Shown piece after piece: positions 1 through 9,365 of a stretch of 64,000 nucleotides of DNA; positions within the stretch are counted from its first letter, which is position 1; each line of letters begins with the position of its first letter. Source of the stretch: an uncultured Verrucomicrobiota bacterium. Lineage in GTDB: Bacteria > Verrucomicrobiota > Verrucomicrobiia > Palsa-1439. The stretch lies in NCBI GenBank assembly GCA_903825435.1, contig CAIKAP010000043.1:282-64281 (forward strand), written 5' to 3'. Both the position numbers and the translations under genes were made by a program. Under the pieces are notes generated by a model. That model ran no database searches. It was not told the DNA's origin and worked only from the letters and a program-made list of their open reading frames with translations.

Positions 1-15
1 ATTCTCAATAAGTCC

Positions 16-300
16 ATGTTGCCCTACCTGCCGCTGGCCAACTACGATGTGGACCGCGAGACAGCCTCGCTGCTGCCGTTGGAATTGTGCTGGCAGTTCT
101 GCCTCATCCCGTTTGACCAGATCAGCCGTTGTCTTCTGGTCGCCACTGCCAACCCGTTCCAAGCCGCAGCTAAACGCACTGTGGAAGCCGCACTGCAGGC
201 CAACCTGTTCTGGTATGTGGCTGCGCCGGGGGACATTGTCACTGCACTGCGACGGGCGCATCGCCTCGAAGCCAGCGCCAAACCCAACACGAACCCATGA
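16..300 (+). CDS. Partial CDS (5' end outside window) ending in a GspE/PilB N-terminal (T2SSE_N-like) domain; stop overlaps pilB start (ATGA)
   Basis: Translation resembles the N-terminal domain of GspE/PilB ATPases (…LIPFDQISRCLLVATANPF…); no start in window; 4-nt overlap with downstream pilB. Confidence 0.45.
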   Translation: MLPYLPLANYDVDRETASLLPLELCWQFCLIPFDQISRCLLVATANPFQAAAKRTVEAALQANLFWYVAAPGDIVTALRRAHRLEASAKPNTNP

Positions 301-2006
301 AATCCTTCAGCGAAAGAATCACCGATGCTTTGATTGCCGACGGGCTACTGACTCAGAAACAGCTTCAGGAAATCGTTGATATCCAAAAGAAGCAAGGTGG
401 ACGGCTGCTGAAACTGCTCCAAGAACGCCAGGTAGTGTCGGAACAGGACATGATGATCGGCCTCGCCCGCTGCCTCAAGACACCGCCAATCACGTTACCG
501 AAGATGCACGTGCCATCGGAAATCGCCGAGTTGATCCCGAAGGAAATGGCGCAGATGTACAAAATGGTGCCGATAGCGCGCGTGGGCAAGAAGTTGTACG
601 TGGCGATGGCCGATCCGCTCAATGTGCTGGCGATGGACGAACTGCGTCGCGACCGTCCCAATATGGAGATCATCCCACTGATCACCACTGAGAAAGCCGT
701 TGGCGACTTCCTTAACGCCTCCTCCTCCCAAGTCAAGGAAGGTATTGACGAGATTCTTAGGGACGTGGACCTCTCTGACATCGAGATCGCCAAGGATAAA
801 CAGGAGGAAATCAACCTCGACAAGCTCGTCGAGAGCAGCGAGGAAGCGCCTGTCATCAAGCTCGTCAACCTTATGCTCGTTCAGGCGATCAAGGACCGGG
901 CCAGCGACATCCACATCGAACCTTTCGAGAAACAACTCCGCCTACGCTATCGCATTGACGGCGTGCTCTACGATTCGACCGCCCCGCCCAAGTCGATCCA
1001 ATCGGCGTTGACCTCGCGCATCAAGATTATGTCCACGCTCGACATCGCCGAGCGCCGCCTGCCGCAGGACGGACGTTTCCGCATCAAGATCGCCGGACGC
1101 GATGTGGACCTGCGTGTGTCGGTGTTGCCGACAATACACGGTGAGAAGATCGTCCTGCGCGTACTCGACAAGGGCACGCTGAACACGAATTTGGAAAATT
1201 TTGGATTGGATCCCGACGATCTCGCTAAGTTCAAGCAAGCCATCGACGCGCCGCACGGAATGATGTTGATGACGGGACCAACCGGTTCAGGCAAGACTTC
1301 GACGCTGTACGCTGTGCTGACCCAGCTCAACACCCCCGATGTGAACATCGTCACCGTCGAAGATCCCGTCGAGTACCAGATGCTCGGCATCAACCAAGTA
1401 CAGGTCAAACCCGATATCGGACTGACCTTCGCCGGCGGCCTGCGTTCCATCCTGCGCCAAGACCCCGACATCGTCATGGTCGGCGAAATCCGCGACTCCG
1501 AGACCGCTGACATCGCAGTCAAGGCGGCGTTGACCGGCCACTTGGTGCTCTCGACCCTGCACACCAATGACGCCCCCGGCGCCGTCGCACGCTTGGTGGA
1601 CATGGGCATTGAGCCGTTCCTAGTCAGTTCCTCCCTGCTCATGGTCTGCGCCCAGCGCCTTCTTCGCAAGATCTGCCCGCACTGCAAAGAAACCATGCAG
1701 GTTCCTCCTGAAGTCATCAAACGGCTTGGCCTGATCCCCGAAGAGGTCGCTACTAGTAGCTTCTACCGCGGACACGGTTGCGGCCGCTGCAAGGAAACTG
1801 GTTTCATGGGACGCATGGCGATCCTCGAAGTGCTGTCCATTAGTGCGGCCCTGCGCGACCAGATCCTGCACAATACCAGCGCCCAAGCCATCCGCGACGT
1901 GGCGTTGAAAGAGGGGATGAAGACGCTCAAAATGGCTGGTCTCAATAAGGCTAAGCTTGGTCTCACATCGTTGGACGAAGTCCTTCGCGTCACCGGTAAC
2001 GTGTAG
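297..2006 (+). CDS. pilB: Type IV pilus assembly ATPase PilB (GspE family)
   Basis: 569 aa with an N-terminal GspE_N domain; Walker A GPTGSGKTST; Asp/His boxes; C-terminal tetracysteine motif CPHC…CGRC; homology runs full length. Confidence 0.9.
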   Translation: MKSFSERITDALIADGLLTQKQLQEIVDIQKKQGGRLLKLLQERQVVSEQDMMIGLARCLKTPPITLPKMHVPSEIAELIPKEMAQMYKMVPIARVGKKLYVAMADPLNVLAMDELRRDRPNMEIIPLITTEKAVGDFLNASSSQVKEGIDEILRDVDLSDIEIAKDKQEEINLDKLVESSEEAPVIKLVNLMLVQAIKDRASDIHIEPFEKQLRLRYRIDGVLYDSTAPPKSIQSALTSRIKIMSTLDIAERRLPQDGRFRIKIAGRDVDLRVSVLPTIHGEKIVLRVLDKGTLNTNLENFGLDPDDLAKFKQAIDAPHGMMLMTGPTGSGKTSTLYAVLTQLNTPDVNIVTVEDPVEYQMLGINQVQVKPDIGLTFAGGLRSILRQDPDIVMVGEIRDSETADIAVKAALTGHLVLSTLHTNDAPGAVARLVDMGIEPFLVSSSLLMVCAQRLLRKICPHCKETMQVPPEVIKRLGLIPEEVATSSFYRGHGCGRCKETGFMGRMAILEVLSISAALRDQILHNTSAQAIRDVALKEGMKTLKMAGLNKAKLGLTSLDEVLRVTGNV

Positions 2007-2101
2007 TAGGTTGCATATTTGAGATTTTTCTCTCATTGGAGCATGCTAACGCATAGAATGAGGTATGTGGCACAGCCGTTGCTAAAACAAAAGCACGACC
2101 A

Positions 2102-3547
2102 ATGAAATTCCCGTTCTTCCAACCTAATCGCCCGTCACCACATGCACACACTCCACCCCGCGCCCCCGCCACCACGCACACATCTACACCATCGCCCGCA
2201 CCCACTCCCCCTCGACGCACAGAACCCGCTACGCCACCTGTCAAACCTCCCACCGGCTCCTTACGCAGCGCACCGCTGGCTGGAGTGGACTTGCCCACGC
2301 ACATCAAGTTCAAACTCCAATCCCTGTTGACCATCCTGCCAGATAACGTGCTGGCCCACCCGCGCGCCGAAATGCCTCAGCACATCAACGTGGACCAGCT
2401 CATCCCACTGCCAACCGATTTGATCATCTCCCAACTGGCAGGCGCCCGTGTTACTGTACCGCTTGTGATCATCCTCGACGCAATTCCGACGGAAGCCCTC
2501 AGTCCATCACGACCCAACCTCGACGATGCGCCAGTAACGTTGCCCCTACACGAGATTGTCGCCCAACTACCTCCCCGTTTCTTCACTACCCGCCTCAGTC
2601 AACGCACCGTCGCGGAAATCGCACCCGACATTCCCAGCCCCTTCCAAGAACGCAAACCCACACCGCCGCTGCCAACTCATATCGAAATTCCGGTGCCGTT
2701 ACCTGCGCACGTTGCGGCCGAGGCGTCGTGCGTCGCCGTCCCTATTCCACCCCCACCAGAACCCGTCATCGAGACAGTGACGGTCAAGCCTATGACGGAA
2801 CCAACACCGGTCACGGCCGCCGCACCGGTCATTCCGCCGCGGGCACCCGAACCAATCGAAGCAATCGCTCCCGTTGCGCCAGAACCGTCACCCGAACTTG
2901 AGCCCGAGTTTGAGAAACCAACGCTCCCAGCAGGGCCTTTGGACGAGAAGATGTTCCTCATCAACTTGAACCGTTGCAGCGTCGAGGACCTGCTTTCCAT
3001 CAAGAACGTCGGCCCGGCGCTGGCCAAGCGCATCATCGCTTGGCGTACGGAACACGGGCGCTTCAACTCCATCGAGGACCTGCGTCAGGTATCCGGCGTC
3101 GGACGCAAGACGTTCCGCGCATTAACCGGCGCAAAAGCCGAGGCGCTCAACCGCCTGCTCGGCGTCGCCGCAGACCGCGAATTGTCGCTGCAAGAAGTCG
3201 TGCGACTGACCAGTAAGCTGCCCGGCCTCCAAGGCTGCATGTTGGCCACCTCCGACGGCCTCTTACTAACCGGCGAAGTGTCACCACATCTCGACAAGGA
3301 AGCCATCAGCGTCTTTGCCCCACAACTGTTCAAGCGCGTCGCCCGCTACACAAAGGAACTCAAGGTCGGACAGGTCAGCCGCTTCACCATCTTCACTGAC
3401 CAGCAACCCGTCAGCATCTTCGGCGCGGAAGACGTCTTCCTCGTCATTTTCCACGACTCCAAACACTTCAGCAAACGACTACTACGCCAATGCGAGCGCA
3501 TCAGCTTTGAAGTCGCACGACTCTGTCGCCAACGCACCACCGTCTAA
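2102..3547 (+). CDS. Three-part protein: Pro-rich low-complexity N-terminus, ComEA-like helix-hairpin-helix region, C-terminal Roadblock/LC7 (MglB-like) domain
   Basis: N-terminal approx 280 aa are P/T/A-rich; the middle (…SVEDLLSIKNVGPALAKRIIAWRTEHGRFNSIEDLRQVSGVGRKTFRAL…) resembles the ComEA HhH; the C-terminal approx 110 aa (LPGLQGCMLATSDGLLLTGE…VIFHD) has Roadblock/LC7 sequence features. Confidence 0.6.
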   Translation: MKFPFFQPNRPSPHAHTPPRAPATTHTSTPSPAPTPPRRTEPATPPVKPPTGSLRSAPLAGVDLPTHIKFKLQSLLTILPDNVLAHPRAEMPQHINVDQLIPLPTDLIISQLAGARVTVPLVIILDAIPTEALSPSRPNLDDAPVTLPLHEIVAQLPPRFFTTRLSQRTVAEIAPDIPSPFQERKPTPPLPTHIEIPVPLPAHVAAEASCVAVPIPPPPEPVIETVTVKPMTEPTPVTAAAPVIPPRAPEPIEAIAPVAPEPSPELEPEFEKPTLPAGPLDEKMFLINLNRCSVEDLLSIKNVGPALAKRIIAWRTEHGRFNSIEDLRQVSGVGRKTFRALTGAKAEALNRLLGVAADRELSLQEVVRLTSKLPGLQGCMLATSDGLLLTGEVSPHLDKEAISVFAPQLFKRVARYTKELKVGQVSRFTIFTDQQPVSIFGAEDVFLVIFHDSKHFSKRLLRQCERISFEVARLCRQRTTV

Positions 3548-3558
3548 GAAGCTCTCGT

Positions 3559-4245
3559 ATGGCCATCATCAACTACGCAAACAAAGAAGTTCAGTTCAAG
3601 ATCGTCTTTTACGGTCCCGCACTCTGCGGAAAGACTACCAACCTCGCCTACATCCACAGCCAGATCACTGAGACCAACAAAGGCGAACTCGTCTCCTTAG
3701 CCACCGCAGCCGACCGCACCCTCTTTTTCGACTTCCTTCCACTCAACGCCATCGTCATCCGCAATTTCAAGACCAAGTTCCAGCTCTACACCGTCCCTGG
3801 TCAGGTCATCTACAACGCCACCCGCCAACTCGTCCTCCGCAGCGTTGACGCCGTCGTCTTCGTCGCCGATTCCCAGTGGGACAAGATGGAGGAAAATATC
3901 GAGAGTTTCCGTAACCTCGACGAGAATCTCGCCCGCCAGGGACTCAGCCTCGACACCATCCCCTACGTCATCCAGCTCAACAAACGCGACATGCCCAACG
4001 TCGCTCCCATCCACTACCTCGACTTCATCCTCAATGACCGCGCCGTCTGCGTCCCCAGCTTCGAAGCCTCCGCCACCACCGGCCAAGGCGTCTTCGACAC
4101 CCTCAACACCGTCTCCCGTATGTTGCTGGTAAAATTCGCCCGCGACGCCGAAGCCGCCGCCTACGTCAAATCGCAGCCCACCCCCGCCGCCAGCCCTATG
4201 GACGGTGTCGCCGCCGGGCTACGTCAACCTCAGGCCGCACGCTAA
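3559..4245 (+). CDS. mglA: Ras-like small GTPase MglA (mutual gliding motility protein A family)
   Basis: Near full-length similarity to Myxococcus MglA: P-loop GPALCGKTT, TDRTLFFDF switch region, YTVPGQ, NKRD; 228 aa. Confidence 0.85.
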   Translation: MAIINYANKEVQFKIVFYGPALCGKTTNLAYIHSQITETNKGELVSLATAADRTLFFDFLPLNAIVIRNFKTKFQLYTVPGQVIYNATRQLVLRSVDAVVFVADSQWDKMEENIESFRNLDENLARQGLSLDTIPYVIQLNKRDMPNVAPIHYLDFILNDRAVCVPSFEASATTGQGVFDTLNTVSRMLLVKFARDAEAAAYVKSQPTPAASPMDGVAAGLRQPQAAR

Positions 4246-4246
4246 C

Positions 4247-4741
4247 ATGCAATCCACCCCCATCGTCACCATTGCCGCTGCTGAGAAATTCCTCAAGACC
4301 TTGGAGGAGTTTCTCAACCACTCCGAGGCATTTTTCGCCCTGATTATTGATCGCGGCGGCACTATCCTCAGCCAGAGTGGCCGCCCGCCCGACGGTACCG
4401 ACATCACCATCCTCGCCGCACTGGCCGCCGGCAGTTTCGCCGCAACACGCGAACTCGCCACCCGCGTCGGCGAATCCGAGTTTAACGCCCTTTACCAGCA
4501 AGGCAGCCACTTCCACATCCTTATGAACGCCGTGGACGACGACACCATGCTCGTCACCATCTTTAGCACTCAGACCACCGTCGGCCTCGTCCGCTTCTAC
4601 TCCGCTCGCACCAGCGAACAAATCGCCATCCAGATGCAGGAACTCCGCGCCGATTGCGTTGACGCACCCCTTGTTTTCACCGAGGCAGACCTAAACACCG
4701 CCTCCCAGATCTTCCGGGATACCACCGACAAAGCTGTGTAG
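4247..4741 (+). CDS. mglB: Roadblock/LC7 domain protein, MglB-like (putative GAP for MglA)
   Basis: ATG 1 nt after mglA stop; similarity to MglB (…LAAGSFAATRELATRVGESEF…VTIFSTQTTVGLVRFY…). Confidence 0.8.
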   Translation: MQSTPIVTIAAAEKFLKTLEEFLNHSEAFFALIIDRGGTILSQSGRPPDGTDITILAALAAGSFAATRELATRVGESEFNALYQQGSHFHILMNAVDDDTMLVTIFSTQTTVGLVRFYSARTSEQIAIQMQELRADCVDAPLVFTEADLNTASQIFRDTTDKAV

Positions 4742-4849
4742 CCGCTGCTTAATGTTCCCGAAGTCTTTGTCGAGGAGAACTATTTGACTCTAAAAATGAA
4801 CGCCGTTCCACGACCGACGAAACCCTGAAAAATCAATTTCTCCAATTAA

Positions 4850-4923
4850 TGGAGCGGGCGATGGGAATCGAACCCACCTCACCAGCTTGGAAGGCTGGCG
4901 CATTACCACTATGCTACGCCCGC
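4850..4923 (-). tRNA. tRNA-Gly (anticodon UCC)
   Basis: Reverse complement folds as a cloverleaf: acceptor GCGGGCG/CGCCCGC; anticodon stem CCAGC/GCTGG with loop CTTCCAA; T-loop GGTTCGATTCC; CCA encoded. Confidence 0.9.
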
Positions 4924-4967
4924 CTCGGCGTACGCGCGCAACAATCTGCCCGAACCCCGCATTGCCG

Positions 4968-6110
4968 TCAAGCGTTCTCCTGCCGCAAATGAATCGTCTG
5001 CGTCGGAAAGGCAAACTCCAATCCGGCAGCATCGAAGCGACGCTTGATCTCGACATTGATCTGTCCTAGCGCGTACAGCGATTCTTTTTCCTCGGTGCTC
5101 CGGCACCAGTACACGATGAAAATGTCCAGCGAACTGGCTGAGTAGTCTCGCCAATATACCCATACATCATGCGTCTGGGGATGCGCGCGAAAAATTTCTT
5201 CCAAGATTTTTACCGCCTCCTGCATTCGTTCCGCCGTCGTGCCATACGTCAATCCAAGCGTCATTGCGCGACGGATTGTCGGCCGCGATGAAATGTTTAC
5301 GATGCCCGCATCCACCACGACCTTGTTGGGGATCGTCACCAAGTGTCCGTTCGGCGTCCGTATGCGCGTGCTGCGCAGGCCGATCTCCTCCACCGCACCT
5401 TCAAACTCCTGAATCTTGACGTTGTCACCGACGCGAAACGGACGATCCACCAGAATTGCCACCGAACCAAAGATGTTCGCCAATGTATTTTGCGCCGCCA
5501 ACGCCACTGCAATGCCGCCCACCCCCAGCCCCGCGATCACACTCGTAATCGGAAACCCAAGATACTGCGCCGCCGAAAGCGCTCCAGTGATGATCACAAA
5601 CACCTTCAACGTCCGGCTCATGATCGGCACCATCATCCCTGCCAACTTCGGATCTCCTGTAAATAACCGGTCCTTCGATGCGTCCAACAACAAGTCCAGA
5701 AGCCGCATCACCACGTAAATCACAGTCGTCGCCATGCCCAGCGCGAACAAAATCGTCAACCCGTTCTCCACCACACGCGGCCAATCGAACACCTGTAGCC
5801 CCACCTTCAACACCAGAAACACCACCACAATCTTGACCGGCCGGTGCAAAATCTCCAGCAACTTGTCATCCAAATTCGTCACCGTCTTTGTCATCAGCCG
5901 CCTCACCCATCGCGTCATGACAAAGTTCACGACTTGCGCCACGACGAACGCCATCACGATCCACAACGCCGTCGCCACATACTGCCACAACGGCCTCCCC
6001 AATACCTTCGCGTGCAATATCCCCACCTGATCTAAGCCAAAACTTGATTCCGACCACACCTGTTGCACCGCCTGCGTGCTTGTCGTTGCTCCAAGTAATA
6101 ATGAGATCAT
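4968..6110 (-). CDS. Small-conductance mechanosensitive channel (MscS family)
   Basis: MscS signature region (…FRVGDNVKIQEFEGAVEEIGLRSTRIRTPNGHLVTIPNKVV…). Start chosen at MISLLLG, which has a GGAGG RBS; the Arg/Cys-rich N-terminal extension in the ORF table is implausible. Confidence 0.8.
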   Translation of the reverse strand: MISLLLGATTSTQAVQQVWSESSFGLDQVGILHAKVLGRPLWQYVATALWIVMAFVVAQVVNFVMTRWVRRLMTKTVTNLDDKLLEILHRPVKIVVVFLVLKVGLQVFDWPRVVENGLTILFALGMATTVIYVVMRLLDLLLDASKDRLFTGDPKLAGMMVPIMSRTLKVFVIITGALSAAQYLGFPITSVIAGLGVGGIAVALAAQNTLANIFGSVAILVDRPFRVGDNVKIQEFEGAVEEIGLRSTRIRTPNGHLVTIPNKVVVDAGIVNISSRPTIRRAMTLGLTYGTTAERMQEAVKILEEIFRAHPQTHDVWVYWRDYSASSLDIFIVYWCRSTEEKESLYALGQINVEIKRRFDAAGLEFAFPTQTIHLRQENA

Positions 6111-6135
6111 ATTTTCCTCCACCAGATCGCGCCAA

Positions 6136-7422
6136 TTATACGGGCGCACCATCCAACTGCAAGCCGCACGGCGCCAACACCGCCTCCGACATCCCGTGCA
6201 ACAGCTTCTTGTCCGACGGGCAAATCGTCGCCAACACCCCGCCGAGTTTCGTCTCCTTCCCATCCACGAAATAATACGGACACAACCGCACCCGCCCTTT
6301 GAACTCCCTCACCTCATTCGCCTCAAAATCAAACCACCGTGCCGGCACCAGTCGCGACTTCCCGAACCGCTGCAAGATGAACGGATTCGACGAGAAACTC
6401 GTCACCGCCCTCTCAATTGCCGCCGCCCACTCGCCCGCCGACAAGTCTTGCCCCACCGACACACTTCGACCTCCCCACGCCTGCTCGTGAAATCCAGACA
6501 TCTTCAACACCAACTCCCGCTGCTTCTGCGAAAACTTAGCCATCTCCCGCCAGTCGTTGATACCGAGTTCTGGAATCACTGCATGCGGAGGCAACGGTGT
6601 TGGGTCCACGATCCACGTCCGCGGAAAAATCCGCCGCAAATGCGCCGTCGTCTCCGCACCCAGATGCTCCCGCCAGAACGCCTCCAGTTGCGGCTGCCAT
6701 AGAAACGCGAACAACAACTTCTCCTCCAGTTGTGGTTTCGGCGGCGGCGTCACATTTCCAGCAATGATCTCCCAACCGTTCGGCACGTTCGCCAAATCGA
6801 ACAACTCGAAAAACCGGTAGAACGTCCCCACGTTTTCCAATGTCGCCACTTCTTCCGGTCGCACCACGCGAAAGCCGACCTGCTGTCCCAGCCACTCCAT
6901 CTCCGGCCGGTACGTCCCCGCCTCCTCGCTCACCACGACAACGCCGCGTTCACCGAGAATCGCCGTGAACCCTTCCATCATCCCATGCGAACCGCCAACG
7001 ATGTCGTCGTCGAGTTCGCCGTACGTCTTGCCGAGCCAGCCGGTCAACCCGATGCCGCCCGGCACGCTGTCGAGTTCCGAGATGAAGAAACCGTCGTCGC
7101 TCAGAATCACATCGGGCCGAATCACGCGCGGCACCGCGCTCTTGAACCGCTCCGACCGCGACAACGCGATCAACTCCGCCGGTTTACCGGCGTCGAGGTA
7201 ATCCGCGATCCACTTCGGTTGTTTCCCCGCGACACTGTGCCGGTAAAGCGTATTGCAGGCACGATAGAACGCGAGCAATTGCGGCCCCAGCGCCTCCAAC
7301 TCCGTGACAAGTGAAGCGGGAAGCGGAAAGGCCGTCGGCGCAATCCGCCACGTCAACCCGGCAAACAGCCCGCCAGACGGAAGCTGGTCGCGCACATAAT
7401 GGGCGCGTTCGGCGGCGTTCAT
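6136..7422 (-). CDS. Conserved hypothetical protein, ATP-grasp-like (glutathionylspermidine-synthase / circularly permuted ATP-grasp-like)
   Basis: 428 aa continuous ORF with good coding character; ends 4 nt inside the proA start; family assignment from overall pattern only. Confidence 0.4.
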   Translation of the reverse strand: MNAAERAHYVRDQLPSGGLFAGLTWRIAPTAFPLPASLVTELEALGPQLLAFYRACNTLYRHSVAGKQPKWIADYLDAGKPAELIALSRSERFKSAVPRVIRPDVILSDDGFFISELDSVPGGIGLTGWLGKTYGELDDDIVGGSHGMMEGFTAILGERGVVVVSEEAGTYRPEMEWLGQQVGFRVVRPEEVATLENVGTFYRFFELFDLANVPNGWEIIAGNVTPPPKPQLEEKLLFAFLWQPQLEAFWREHLGAETTAHLRRIFPRTWIVDPTPLPPHAVIPELGINDWREMAKFSQKQRELVLKMSGFHEQAWGGRSVSVGQDLSAGEWAAAIERAVTSFSSNPFILQRFGKSRLVPARWFDFEANEVREFKGRVRLCPYYFVDGKETKLGGVLATICPSDKKLLHGMSEAVLAPCGLQLDGAPV

Positions 7423-8618
7423 TCGCGTAGTTGCCCCGTGCCGGTGACGACGTATTTGTAGCTGGTCAGGTCTTCGAGGCCCATCGGGCCGCGGGCGTGG
7501 AGTTTGTCCGTCGAGATTCCGATCTCAGCGCCGAAACCATATTGGCCACCGTCGGCCAGCCGCGTGCTGGCGTTCCAGAAGACGCTTGAAGAATCCACTT
7601 CGCGGAGGAAACGCTCCGCCGTCGCTTTATTGTTGGTAACGATGGCGTCGCTGTGGGCGCTGCCGTACTTGGTGATGTGCTCAATCGCCTCCCCTACTCC
7701 ATTGACGACGCGGAGAGCAATGATGAGGTCGAGATACTCCGTCTGCCAGTCGGCATCGCGGCGAATCTCGACCTTGCGCTCAGCCAACGCCTTCTCGATG
7801 CGGGGAAGAAACGTGCCGGCAAGCGGCGCATCAATGAGCAACGTCTCGATGGCGTTGCAGACGCCGGGGCGCTGGCACTTGGCGTTGATGACGATCCGCT
7901 CCGCCATGTCGAGGTCGGCGTCACGATCAACGAAGACGTGACAGATTCCCTTGTAATGTTTGATGACCGGGATGCGCGATTTCTCGACAACGGCTCGGAT
8001 GAGTCCTTCGCCGCCGCGCGGGATACAGAGGTTGATCAATTCATCGAGCTTCAGCAATTCGTCAATCGCCGCCCGGTCAGTCGTCGGCACGACGGTGATG
8101 GCGTTCGCAGGCAAGCCGGGGACGTTCATCGCCTCGGCAAGCGCAAGATTCGAGTGAATCGCCTCGGAACCACCCCTCAGGATGACCGCGTTGCCGGTCT
8201 TGAAACAGAGCACGGCCGCGTCAACGGTCACGTTCGGGCGCGACTCGTAAATGATGAGAATGCTACCGATAGGGACGCGAACTTTCTGGATCCGGATGCC
8301 ATTGGGGCGCGTCGTCTCGCTGATGGTAGTACCGACGGGGTCAGCCAACGCGGCGACTTCGCGAACACTTTTGGCAATGTCGGCGATGCGTTTCTCGTCG
8401 AGCGTCAACCGCTCAAGCATCGCGGAGGACAGCCAGGACTTTTTGCCGGCTTCGAGGTCCTTGGCGTTGGCGGCCTTGATCTTGTCGGCCGCCTTTTCGA
8501 TGCCATCGGACATCGCCAGCAACAGCTTGTTCTTCGTCGCGGCGTCGAGCTTCGCCAACGCGCGCGCAGCCTTCTGGCTGCGCTGTGCTAACGCCGTCAT
8601 CTGTTCTCTCAAATTCAT
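7419..8618 (-). CDS. proA: Gamma-glutamyl phosphate reductase (glutamate-5-semialdehyde dehydrogenase)
   Basis: 399 aa with full-length ProA homology (aldehyde dehydrogenase fold, catalytic Cys region). Confidence 0.9.
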   Translation of the reverse strand: MNLREQMTALAQRSQKAARALAKLDAATKNKLLLAMSDGIEKAADKIKAANAKDLEAGKKSWLSSAMLERLTLDEKRIADIAKSVREVAALADPVGTTISETTRPNGIRIQKVRVPIGSILIIYESRPNVTVDAAVLCFKTGNAVILRGGSEAIHSNLALAEAMNVPGLPANAITVVPTTDRAAIDELLKLDELINLCIPRGGEGLIRAVVEKSRIPVIKHYKGICHVFVDRDADLDMAERIVINAKCQRPGVCNAIETLLIDAPLAGTFLPRIEKALAERKVEIRRDADWQTEYLDLIIALRVVNGVGEAIEHITKYGSAHSDAIVTNNKATAERFLREVDSSSVFWNASTRLADGGQYGFGAEIGISTDKLHARGPMGLEDLTSYKYVVTGTGQLRE

Positions 8619-8665
8619 GTGCGGAATATAGCATCCACTTTCACGCTGTCATCGCAAAATATGCT

Positions 8666-9199
8666 TCAAGCATGAATTTTCACTCGACTTACGAAGTTAC
8701 CCAAGTCTTCCAACGTCTCTTCATCAATTGAGCGAACAAGATGGCGAATATATTCTATTTGCCGCTTCGTGGCAGGCGGTTCATTTGGTTCTCGGTCTGG
8801 AAATGTGATGTTCAAATCAAGTGACTGTTTTTCTACCCAGTCCCGCAGTTCTTCTTCCTCTCGATGATCCATAATTTCCTGAACGCAGCTTGGTTCGGCG
8901 CGGCGGGATGGGCGGTAAGTTGAAATTGAGCTGGAGTTTTGATGTTTTGATTTGTCATAGATGCGACAAACGATGGTCAACACCAACAAGCCAACGAGTG
9001 CCCAGAGCAAGTAGGGTAAAAGCCACAAGAAGAGATCCCAAGACAGTTTTACGGCTGCCACGAGCAACAACAACCCTAATATCAACCCCACGAGAGATGC
9101 CAGAGCCGATACAATGTTGCGTAGGGCACCCCAAAGACAGAGGAAAACAAACACCACAATCACGACTGTTACCATCACAGCCTCATTCTCTGTTACCAA
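8666..9199 (-). CDS. Hypothetical membrane protein (2-3 TM helices, acidic C-terminal tail)
   Basis: Hydrophobic N-terminal half and charged C-terminal half; lies between proA and proB. Confidence 0.4.
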   Translation of the reverse strand: MVTENEAVMVTVVIVVFVFLCLWGALRNIVSALASLVGLILGLLLLVAAVKLSWDLFLWLLPYLLWALVGLLVLTIVCRIYDKSKHQNSSSISTYRPSRRAEPSCVQEIMDHREEEELRDWVEKQSLDLNITFPDREPNEPPATKRQIEYIRHLVRSIDEETLEDLGNFVSRVKIHA

Positions 9200-9365
9200 C
9201 CCTAGCTGTCGAATCTTGCACGGTCAAGCTAATGCCTTCGACGTCAAACCTTCTTCAAGTTGAGGTTTGAGATCGCTTGCGAAACTTCTTTCTTCTTCTA
9301 TTACAGAGCAGGTTGTACGCGAGTGGCATAGATTTAGGCATCAGCTTCAACCGGAAAGGCTGCGT

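Noticed and set aside
4968-6263. Long N-terminal extension of the MscS ORF (MGRRRNSAGCWRRFARR…)
   Set aside because: It is Arg/Cys-rich, non-protein-like and overlaps the upstream gene; the internal Met with a GGAGG RBS at 6110 is the plausible start.
6136-7422. Specific enzymatic assignment (glutathionylspermidine synthase) for the 428-aa ORF
   Set aside because: Only a general ATP-grasp-like impression and no diagnostic motif I can verify by eye; kept as a hypothetical ATP-grasp-like protein.
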